From positions 177,320,001-177,384,000 of the forward strand of contig NC_042998.1 in NCBI RefSeq assembly GCF_006345805.1: a stretch of 64,000 nt of DNA, read 5' to 3'. Under the pieces are notes generated by a model that saw only the letters and a list, made by a program, of their open reading frames with translations, ran no database searches and was not told the DNA's origin. The position numbers and the translations under genes are program-made. Shown piece by piece: positions 51,501 through 63,763 of this stretch. Origin of the DNA: Octopus sinensis (lineage: Eukaryota). How positions within the stretch are numbered: the first letter of the stretch is position 1; the number at the start of each line of letters is the position of its first letter.

Positions 51501-54500
51501 GGGAAGGAACTAGTCACTGGTACTTAATTTATCAACCCCAAAAGGATGAAAGGCAAAGTCAACCTCAGCAGAATTTGAACTTAGAACGTGGTGGCAGACA
51601 AAATACCTATTTCTTTATTACCCACAAGGGGCTAAACACAGAGCGGACAAACAAGGACAGACATAGGTATTAAGTCGATTACATCGACCCCAGTGCGTAA
51701 CTGGTACTTAATTTATCGACCCCGAAAGGATGAAAGGCAAAGTCGACCTCAGCGGAATTTGAACTCACAACGTAACGCAGACGAAATACCGCTAAGCATT
51801 TCGCCCGGCGTGCTAACGTTTCTGCCAGCTTGCCACGTTAATAATAATAATAATCCTTTCTACTACAGGGCACAATGCTTGAAATTTTGGAGGTGGATGG
51901 TTAGTCAATTACATTGACCCTCATACTCAACTGGTACTTATTTCATCAACCTTGGAAGAGTGAAAGGGTGATGATGATGATGACTTCGAGCAAAGCCATT
52001 AAGTTTTGAAGAGATAGAGATAGAGTCAATTTAATGAAACCAAAGTATTTTACTGGCTCCTATTTAACTGACTCTGGAGGAATGAGAAGAAAAGTGAGCC
52101 AGGATAATATCTGAACTCAGAAATGAAGAGGGACAAGATTAGAACCTATCAGAATATGAAAGATACCAAGAAAAAAAGAAATTACAAAAAAAGTTGTTTT
52201 TTTTTAAATCAACAAACAGCAGTGTTAAGCATATCACACACACTTTACACTGTACACAGGATGTTTGCTAGGCTAATTCTGGGTCAGAAATCAGCTCAAA
52301 GCATAAATGGAGTTACTTCACAACTCACATGTCAATATTATAATTACTTCAAACACAGAATCAGTTAAAAAGGAAATGTAGATAAGGATAATTTGTAGTT
52401 AGGAATAGTTGCTGTTGCATATCCTTTTGAAGCCAATCCCAATGAAATTGCCTTTGGTTTTCTGATACAAGCTGCTTCTTTTGAAGTTATCTAAATAAAA
52501 ACCAACCACCAAAAATTCCATTCTAATTTACATTCCAAACACCAAAATGATAATGGCATGGTTATTTTACTAAATTCTTAATATTTTCACAAAGCCAATG
52601 TATTTCAACAGAAATATGGTAACAAGAGAGTTAACCGCAGATTAGTCCTAAGTGAATTCATTTATTGAAGTCTTCCAACCATGACAACTCTGTTTTTTAT
52701 TCAGACAGAGTATATCTAGGACTATAACAACCAGTGTCCTTCCTTTAAGGGTTATTAGAGGAAGGTTTAGTTGCTATTTTTGGTCATCCAAGTGACTTTG
52801 TAGAGACATCTTGATTCAAGTTGGGCTTTCTTTTTGTCATTTGTTTTGTTACTTTCAATCAACTAGTAAAGAGGACTTACCATATTTTGCATATCTTTGT
52901 TTTCATCATCTTTCTTCTCTTCATCATCTTGTTTCTTTGCAATATTCTAAAGAATCAGAGATATATACATATATATACATTACTATTCCAGTTAAGTAGT
53001 GATGAATGAATTGTACAGTTGGTCATGCCATACAGAAAGTTCTTTGACAGACTGAGTGGGTATATGTCAGTTACATGGCCCAATCTATACCAGCATGGAA
53101 AACAGTGGTTAGATGATGATGATGACAGAAAGAGAGAAAGGGAAGGAGAGAGAAAAATGCTGCATGTGTGAGAGAATGAGGGAAATTCATGCATATGTAT
53201 GACTATGTGAGTGATGTATGTGTGTGTGAGAGAGAGACAGAGGGAGTGATGTGCATGCCTGAGGCGATGCATGAATATGCGTGAAATAGTCTCCCAGCCT
53301 TTCTTTTTTAAGATGGTAGGCATGGTAGAGGGAAAATTTGGGTGTTACTTCTAGTACACCAATCAACCGCAGAGAGGTTCCTTCATTGATTCAGACAGTA
53401 GCAAGAGGACAAACTAGCACACCAACCATTAAGTTGAATTTGTGTTCAACTCTTAGGCAAGAGACACTATTCCCCCTGCACACAATAGATGTGAAGTGGT
53501 CAAAAATGTGAAACAAAACAAAAAAAGGTTAATTATACAAGACTTACAACAATCTTTATGTTTGGTAAATTTCTTAATTTCTCCAACATTAAATGACACT
53601 GCAAGAAAGAAAAAAGCAGAAAGAGACCAATGAAAATACTGGATTCAGGAAAGTGAGCAACATTAACAAAAAAAAATTGAAAAATATATTTTTGAAAAAA
53701 GTATAAATAAATAAAATGACATTGCATTGTGATAAAATTAAGATAAGCAAAGCACCATCCGATCGTGGCCATTTGCCAGCCTCGTCTGGCACCTGTGCAG
53801 GTGGCACGTAAAAAGCACCCACTACACTCACGGAGTGGTTGGTGTTAGGAAGGGCATCCAGCTGTAGAAACACTGCCAGATCAGACTGGGCCTGGCGCAG
53901 CCTTCTGGCTTCCCAGACCCCAGTTGAACCGTCCAACCCATGCTAGCATGGAAAACGGACGTTAAACGATGATGATGATACTGCTATATTCCTTTGTGTG
54001 TTCAAAGTCCACAATGCTATCACATTTTGAACTTATGATGCACCTAAGACCATCCTGACAGGAAGTGTGGAGAGGAAGAGAGCCAGAAACTGTCAAAGAG
54101 TTTGTGGACTGATGACATCAAAGGATGCACTGAAAACAAGAGGTTGACTGACTGTACGTATGCAGCACAACACAGAGGGAACTGGAGAGTTTTGGCAAGC
54201 TGATCCCTGAACGCAGGCACCTGGCAGAAGTTATCAAGTATGAAATCCTGACATCATATATCAGCCAGCTAATCAATGATACTCTATTCCATTATATTAC
54301 TGGAATACTAGTATAATGAAGGGAATGTAACTTTTATACCCAAACATCTTAGCCACAAAGAAATTTATCTCTCATCTGCTTAACACTACAGAAACTGGAA
54401 TAAGCACAGCACCTATAGATCCTCATCATTAGGAGAATTAATACTACAGTGAACTCAGTTTGCCAATACTTCTTACTTAAAAAGAATATTAAAACCAAAA

Positions 54501-55224
54501 TCATATGACAGACTTTGTATTGTATGACAGAATTATTATTTGAAGAACTGGAATATTTACAAAGACTGAGTTTTTAGATATCATGGTATACTTATTGTAA
54601 TAACAGCTCTTAATGCCTTCAAAACTTTTTCTGAGTAAAAAGAGAACCCAACAATTCACCGAGGAAATGACTAGTGACCAAGACTTTTGGAAATATGCTG
54701 TGCTTGAGAAGAACCGGCAAGCCAAATGAGACCATAATCTCGTGGCCTATGCCAAGGGCGTAACCAGCCCACTTATGTGTACCTTTTCCCTCTTTGGACA
54801 GTAAAACTCTGCTACCGAAGACCTGTTGAGGCAAGTGGAATCAAAATCAAATCAAATTCAATGACTGGCATCCGTGCTAGTGGGGTGCAAAGAGCACAAT
54901 ACGAGTGTGATTGTTGACAGAGCGGCTATCTGGCCTCCGTGCTGGTGGCACGTAAAAGGCACCATTTGAGCGTGATCGTTATCAGCATCGCCTTACTGGC
55001 ATGTGAAAAAGATTCGAGTGAGGTCGTTGCCAGTACCACCTGACTGGCTCCATGCCAGTGGCACGTAAAAGCACCCACTACACTCTTGGAGTGGTTGGCG
55101 TTAGGAAGGGCATTCAGCTGTAGAAACTCTGCCAGATCAAGATTGAATCCTGGTGCAGTCATCTGGCTCGCCAGTCCTCAGTCAATCGTCCAACCCATGC
55201 TAGCATTGAAAGCAGACGTTAAAC

Positions 55225-55261
<37 letters not shown>

Positions 55262-56077
55262 GTTAACAGAAAGTGTTGTGAATATTTCAACCAACTGGAA
55301 TAACAAATAATATAATTACCAAATGAAAGGATGATTCAATTCTTTTAATGATTCCATCATATCCCATACTTTGAAGACATATCCACAGAGGTAAACAGGA
55401 AAGCTTTGATACAACATTAAATGAATTCATCCCAGCCATATATGCCATTGTTGTGTCTTCACACTTGTAAAGAGTCTAGAATGATTTTGTTAAGGAATTT
55501 TTTTTTTTTCAAGAAAAGAAAACAATTAAGCATTAATTTACAGATTCTCACAAATGCAATTACAACAAAAACAGTTATTTAATCAGACCATAAAAAAGAT
55601 TAATTTTTAAAAATCATTTCTTAATTTCTCGAAATTATCTCCCTTCTCATTTGTGACTGGCTAACAATTACTATTAAATTATTGATTTGTTTCTCCAATC
55701 AAGAGAGAACCTTTCAATTTATTAATAAATATTTCTATATATTATTTGATACGCCCTACTTAGTGCAAATAAAGATAATTAAATGAAATGCACTTCCAAA
55801 TTTTATCTTGTCTTTCTGATTCAATAGATTTTAATCTTCAATGACACTGATCTCAGAAATGACAAGCATAAGTTTAACAGCTACTACTGCTACTACAAAT
55901 ACTATCAATGTTAATATGCATAGTCTCACTTTTGAAATTATAGTTAACAAGGTCTTAACAAGGTCTTTACCTGTTGCTATGCTACCAGTAAAAATATTTG
56001 TTCATCATGCACATACCCTCTTTTACTAGTAGATTGTTATATAATGAAAGTTTCATGAGTTACTATGGTGATAACAT

Positions 56078-56119
<42 letters not shown>

Positions 56120-56129
56120 ACACACACAC

Positions 56130-56160
<31 letters not shown>

Positions 56161-59100
56161 AACTGAATTTCTTTCTCAACAACAACTTGTCATTATCGTG
56201 AAAGTCCTTTTTTTAAAGTGTGTATTGCATTGTCTCTATATTGAAAGACATTCAAAACACAGACACACACAAAACTAGATATACACACAAACAACCAAAA
56301 AAATAACAATTTTATATTGTTATATAGTGAAAGTCTTTTTGTTTTTTTTAAAGTCTGTGTTGCATTGTATTGACAGACTTGCACTTAAAATTCCCACATT
56401 TTTAATCAAAACTTGTTGATTAACTATGGTGATAATACTCCCTATCTATCTTTCACACACACTTTCTCTATCTCACTATATTTTTCTGTCAGATGATGAG
56501 ATGTTAAATTATGATAAAGGGCAGAAACAAGTGTCATGTAAGGGAGATACATGGCTCTCACAGAATACAAAGTCAATAAAATTTAATGTCTAAAAATTAC
56601 ATGCTTGATACTTTCTCCTTAAAGACATTAAACTTACATTTATATAATTTTTACCATGGGCCATAGATTTAAATTTTAAATACAATATTTTTATTTATTC
56701 ATTAGTGCAGTAAAATTTGTTTGTTCATTTATAGATTAAGAAGTTAGAAAAGAAGAATAATCACAAAGGATACAATTAACTGTAAGGATAGAATACCCAA
56801 CCATTTTCCCAAATTCACTGTGATACTGTCAGCAAGTATAGGATGTTGTTCTGTTAATGGATCTGCTGTTAGTGTGAGAAATGCTAGACAGTTTCTGAAA
56901 ATATAAATTTTGGGAAAAAAAAGTAATATAATTCTGATCTTAGACAAAGAAAACTTAATTGAATTCAATCTAGATGAAATTCCAGAATGTTAAAGAAATT
57001 TAAAAAGAGCAACTTCGATATAATTTGTTGTGAAGGTGGAATCAGTGAAGGCAAAATGAAGAGTATATGAGAAGTTTAAGAAACTGTAGTCTGACTAGCT
57101 ATAAAATATTCTCTCTCTTTCTCTCTAACAAACTAATACTATCATGAATTGCAAAGGTCTATAGAGCTACTACTGAACACTGGCTTCCATAATGTAAAGC
57201 AAATGAAAGGTAATTCTCTGTGACAACCTACTTCAAAATACTATTTCCAGTTTAAACACTACACATCTTCAAGTTCATATCTTATGAAAGTTGATTTTTA
57301 CCTTTCATTTTTCTAAGCTCAGTAAAGTAATAGCTCATTGGGTTCTCTCAGCTCCTTCTAAATAGATATTTTTCAGACATTAAATAAACATATAAAGCGT
57401 TAATAGAGGGAAGAAACTGCAAGGGTCCTTTATACATCAGTTTAATTCAAGTTTCTGAACACAGGGGTCAATTATCATCATCATCGTTTAACGTCCGCTT
57501 TCCATGCTAGCACGGGTTGGATGATTTGACTGAGGACTGGCGAACCACATGGCTGCACCAAGCTCTTATCTTGATCTGGTAGAGTTTCTACAGCTGGATG
57601 CCCTTCCTAATGCCAACCACTCAGAAAATGTAGTGGGTACTTTTACGTGCCACCGGCACGAGGGCCAGTCAGGCGGTACTGGCAATGGCCACACTGAAAC
57701 ACCATTCCCTCCTCATTGCGGGAGCCAAAACCGTAGCCTCCATGTATGCCATGGAAGCCCCCAGCATGTTAATTATTAATCAGATAAGGAAGAGACAACA
57801 GTATTACTAAAGATACTGAGTGTCTCTAAATAGTTTGAATCCTGAAGTTGGCTGAATATAAGAAATCAATCCAGGTCTTGCAGTTTAGATATACTGTGCT
57901 TAAGCTGATTGTAAAACCATGTTGTACATTTTCCCATGCATTACATGGCTATCTAGAGCATATGGCAGTTATCAAGACACATTACACCTGTTTTATGACC
58001 ATTCTGTTCTTAAGACAGACTTGATCACTATACAAGAGTTTCTTGATTTCTTGAGGTTCGCTTAATATCTTCAACATAGATTGTGCAGCAAACAGCTATA
58101 GAGATGTCTATGGAAATTCTGGTGAGTAGGAACAAATGACATGTGATGAGAGCAATGGCCACTGTTAAGGCAAAAGAAGAAAGAAAAGACAAGAGAGCAG
58201 GCCTTAGGAGATGAGTCTTCACGAATGAAATGACTAAAGTTTATAGATGAACCATGAGAGTTATTTTTGAAAATCTAATCAAATAAAACTCACAATAGGG
58301 TCAGTCTAATATTAACAATAATGACAGTATCAACAATGACACAGCCACTACCTACAATGACGCTATGGACAAAAAAATTTCCAATGGCATGATCTGATGT
58401 TAAATCATAGTAGCCAAAAGCACTGGCAGTGATGATGTCAATGAGTCAGTACCATCATTTCATAAATACATTAAGTAATAATGACATTCTAGACATCCCT
58501 AAATGCAACAGCAGATGCCATTAATGAATGAGGTATAAGCAGTAAAGTTAATCATGAAGACTGGGACCTCTTCAGCAAAACAAAACTGTGCAAGTTAGAT
58601 AAATAAAGATTACAATAATAAAGATTATGTCACTGATATTAACAACAGTAATGGTGATGGTAGATGATGATGATGCTGATTATTATATTGTGCAGTTTCC
58701 AACGTATAACATCTACCACTGAATTAAACAAAAACTCTATAATTAGATCACAGAAAGAAAGTGAAAGGTCAGAATATTCTATAGAAAAGGAACATTTAAA
58801 TATCAGTATCATTATAGTGCAGACATGAAAGCTCTATTAATGGAAAATGTATGGAGTTGAATGTTTCCACTTCAAAAACTGATACAAATAAAAGACTAAT
58901 ATCTGAAAAACTTACCCATCAACATGACACCAAATACCATTATTATTACAAATTTGCCAGAGTTTAATCAACTCATCAACCTGCCCTGTAAGAGGGGTAC
59001 CTAGTTAAAGAGAACAAACATAGCACTTGTAAATATAACACTGCGAATTCATGTATTCAAAGCATGTACTGAAACCCAAAGTAAAGTTAATGTTTGAGAA

Positions 59101-62100
59101 TACTTCAGGATGCTTTGCTAAAAAAAAATCAGTACCACTCCCACTTTATTACTGAGTAATTAAGGATAAAAGGCATTCAGTTTATGAGAAAATATTTTTT
59201 CCAGCATTTTATATACAAAATGTCATTGCAAAAAAGGATATATTTCACTCATTCTAACATGGTAGTTATCTAACTAAACAGGGTTTGCTTTACTTTACAT
59301 TTTTATAGCCAAACGTTTAATGCTTCTCAAATGAGCATTTTACACTTGCATATCTGTTCTTATCAGCAATAAAGTGAAGATGGTTTACATTGTGATCAAA
59401 GGAAATGTGTGAAATGGTATAATGATAACTCTGCCTAAAAATAAAGTGAGAAGATAAGGTTTCTGATGCAATGGAAACCAATTTGATTTGTATATATGCC
59501 TTACAGTGGCATCTGTACAACAGACACTGAATATAGATTCATTATTAAGGAATCTGAGTATTGTCAGTTAAAACTTTACAAATTTTGAAACAAAAATGTA
59601 CTTACTTTCATGCAAAAAGCTAAATTTTTAATTTCTTATGTTTTTATTTTAAACTAAAAAATTTCAAGTCTTTAAACATTTTTAGTGTGAAAAATGCAAA
59701 CATGATACATAGCTATAATTTCAACTAGTTTAAAATGACATAATAATATTGTAAATCTTGTTAATTTCTACATGTTACTAACTCTAGTTTTAGTAATCAT
59801 TTAAAAATGAAAATAGTTAAAAATAAATAATATAATTAAATAAATTATTACTCACCAGCATAAGCAACCAAAAGAACTGGCGTTTTGGCTGCAGCAATAT
59901 CATCTTTTATCAGCTTTTCAAAAATAGTCACATCCTTCATAGATTAATAAAAGAGAATAAAAAAATTAGGGAGAATTGTGAGCATACCAGTAACAAAAAT
60001 ATATATTTGGAAAGAGAATGGTGCAATATCACATTATCAGAAATTGATGATAGATGAAGATACAAAGCAAAGTAAATCAAAAGAAAAATCTGAGATAAAG
60101 AAGTCAAATCAGATTTTAGAAAGCTGGCTACTTCATTCAAAAAGAGAGCTATGATAAGATGAATCTGGTGAGTTAAAAAGCTGAACAGAAAACCATTGCT
60201 CAAATTAAAAAATTGGTCTGTTCAGTATGAAGGAGGTTATCAGCTGAAGAAATTTATTGGCTGTGATATTAACAGAGAATGAATGAGGATAGTTTAACTG
60301 AAAAAAATATTCAGCTTTCATTTCAAGTAGATGGTGTATGCTCACAGAGAAAATCAAAGTTAAATAAAAACAAAAGCATTCGAGACCTTCAATAATAGAC
60401 TGAGATGAATAAAGAAGATACAGTTGTGTTGACTATATTTTGCTGAGGTCATTAAGCACAGGAGCTTTGCAGTAATGATTGATTATAACAATAATGAACA
60501 GTAATAGAATTAGAGAGGTTGTTATACAAGACCAGCCCAACCTATCACATCTTAATGAAAGTGGAAATCAAGTTGATAGGGACAGTGAGAATCAGTCAAC
60601 ACAAGCAACTGCAACCAAGAGTCCTAACTTTTGAGCTGTTCCACAATCCTTTGCAAATTACTTCACATATTTCAAAAGATTCAAAGATAGCACCAGAGAG
60701 TACCAATCTGACACTCCATCACTATAATTATCATTTTCCTAAAACAAAGCTTCAAAAGGTCTATAATTATTATTATTTTCATTTGTAATTCACAGTAAAC
60801 CAAAACTAAAGCTAACATTTTTTATCTGACGAGCTCTGTATAAATTACAAATTCCAAGATATGTTAGTATTTTCTTAGTAAGATAAATTCATAAGAATTT
60901 CAAATATTATACCTTTTCATAACTAAATAACTATACTCATAAGATTTAATAAACATTACATGTGCATAGTTACCCTTAGCATGGAAACAGACAAAACTTC
61001 ACTTCCCCTTAACATATAAATTGATTTTGATAAATTAAATCTCAAATTCTAGAAATTATCTACCCTCTTCTTTTGGAAGTTACTAACAACTGTCATAAGA
61101 ATTTTGTTTTCTTTCTCTAAAAGAGAAATTTCAATTAATAAAAAAAAGTTTCCAGATATGACACTCAGTACAGCATCTCTTATCTTTGTCCAATTTCATC
61201 TCTTATTTTTGTCCAATTTCATACAATTACCCTATTTGAGTTACTTCCCTTAGCTCATTTTAGAAATAATGCAAATTACTAATGACCAAAAATTATTTGC
61301 AACTATTTTTCTATACGTAAAAACCTTTACCAGCTGATGATCATGCCCGCTTGGCTAGACTGTACTGAAGAGATCTGAGAGATCAAATCATGTCTATTGT
61401 CCCTTATCTGCAAAGAGCAGACTTTCCTTCCACAAAGTAGGTAAATTAACTTCAGAGACTAATTCTTAATTTCTTTTAAATTGTTTCCATCTATCTTTTG
61501 AGAATCCAAGCAATTCTTGCTAGGGTTGTTTTCTTTCTCCAATGAAGATAGATGCACATGGCAGTTGGTACATCAACCCTAAACAAATTTAACCACTATA
61601 AAAATTGGTTACAGTGATATTAGTAAAAATTTATGCAAGATATATTTCAATTTACAAAAAAGAAAATGAGAAAAAGAAAAGAGAAACAAAAGTAATAAAA
61701 AGAAGGAAATAGGGGTATGGAGTGAAAAGAAGTAGTGACTACATTAAATAAAGAAATGAAGCAAAAGAAATATATCTTACCATTTTACTGTTAGCTCCAG
61801 AGACAGAGTTACAAGGAACTGTACTGATACAGGATATAGGCAGACCAAGCTGAACAGGTGAGAATAAAAATAAAAATTGTATGAAAGTATTCTGATGTCA
61901 CAATACCTAAGTTTAGTAATTAATAGTTTCTAACACCGGTATAAGGCCACACGTTTGCAGGGGAAAGGAACATCTAAGTGTAATGATTACAACAATTATA
62001 TTACATGAGCAGCAATCTTCGAAGCATGGAGATATGAAAGGGAAAACAACAGACTTCAGTAGGATATGAATAGTCTATTTCTTCCTTTTTATAGTATACT

Positions 62101-63732
62101 TCTTTTAAATTACATCTAAAAATTAACCTAAAGTCTACGCTTGTACCTATCTGTATATGTTTACTAAGTAAATCACTTAGTACCCTTAACCATATTGAAA
62201 ACAACAGCTGTCACTTGCAAGCATGATTTGATAGCATGTGCTATTGTTTTAAGTGTCTTTGTAGTTAAAACAATGGCACATGCTATCAAATCATACTTGC
62301 TTGCAAGTGACAACTGTAGTTTTCAATTTGGTTAAGAACACTAAGTGATTTACTTAGTATACATATACAGATATGTAGTTATAAGCAGACACATACAGCC
62401 TCTCAGACCCACCCATCTTTAACCCAGCAGAACATGAAAGATGGCACAGCTAGGAGACAGGGCTACGCCCGTACTAAGCTTATATTCATTTTCAGCTGAG
62501 TGTAATGAAGTATCTTACTCAAGGATTACAACATGCCACCCAGGAACTGAATCACTGATCAAATGGTAGATAATCCAACAACCCAACCATTAGGCCACAT
62601 GCATTCACATTCTGGCAGATTTGTTTAGTTGGATTGCTTCTATTTTATCAAAATATCCAGTGTCGTAAATTTATACAGAGTTTATACATAGTGAGACTGA
62701 TTCGCAGAATATATTTATTGGCAATTTTTTTCTATCTACTTCTCTTCACTAAAACACTATCAACTCAACAACTAACATCAGTCTTGCCATATAAAAAAGT
62801 TACTCAAGTCATACTAAGGGCCAGTTTCCTGGTTTCATAGCACATAGACTCTCCAACTGGATGGGACACCAGTCCATCGCAGGATTACTCATTTTTGCCA
62901 GCTGAGTGGACAGGAACAACATGAAATGAAGTGTTTTGCTCAAGAACACAGCATGTTGCCCAGTCCAGGAAATGAAACTACAATCTTGCAATCATGAGTC
63001 CAACACCCTAACCACTAAGCCACGTGCCTCTACTGTCTTGTCATAGGTGTAACATCTCCACAGATATTCACTCAACAATGTCTATACTCAGGAAGAAATA
63101 TCATCAACAGCTGCTGGCCTGAAATTTCAACTTGCAACCATTGATATTTTAAAGGGCAATGAGAATTTGGCTGCTCTAGCTATCACTGACTGTGGATCTC
63201 AGCTCAAACTGCTGTTGCTAAGATTTGAGAGTTTGGGTATCATAGATTTAACATAGATATTTCCACACTTGCATGGATGAAAATGAAATTCCTTGAGGCA
63301 GATTTTCTACTGCTGGATGATTTTCTTGTCACCAACACTCACCTATTTCCAAGCAAAGTTTTCCTAACCCATTGAACATAAAACAGCACAAAGGCCAGAA
63401 ATATTTTTCATGCAAGACTGCAAACAACACCACTGGTGGTGATGTTTGTTTACAATTAGTGCACAAAGAGAAAGAGAGAGAGACACACACACACAGATTA
63501 TATATATACACACACATACACACACACACATGTGGCTCTATGGTAAAGAAACTTTCTTCCCAACCACATGGTTTCAGGTTCAATCTCACTGGAGTTATAG
63601 TAGAAGATACTTGCAAGTGTTCCTTATTACAATCCCAAACAAACCAAAGTTTTGTGAATGGATCTGGTGGAGAGAAATTGAAAAAAGTTCATTGTGTGTG
63701 TGTGTGTGTAATTATATATGCCATTGTGTTTG

Positions 63733-63763
<31 letters not shown>

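Noticed and set aside
52360-52491. Good acceptor (ttttatttag) giving ITSKEAACIRKPK...
   Set aside because: In-frame stop before any plausible donor, and the exon chain is complete without it.
56062-56480. Short local duplications around the compound microsatellite, and a 23-bp tandem at about 61175-61220
   Set aside because: Ordinary slippage-type duplications.
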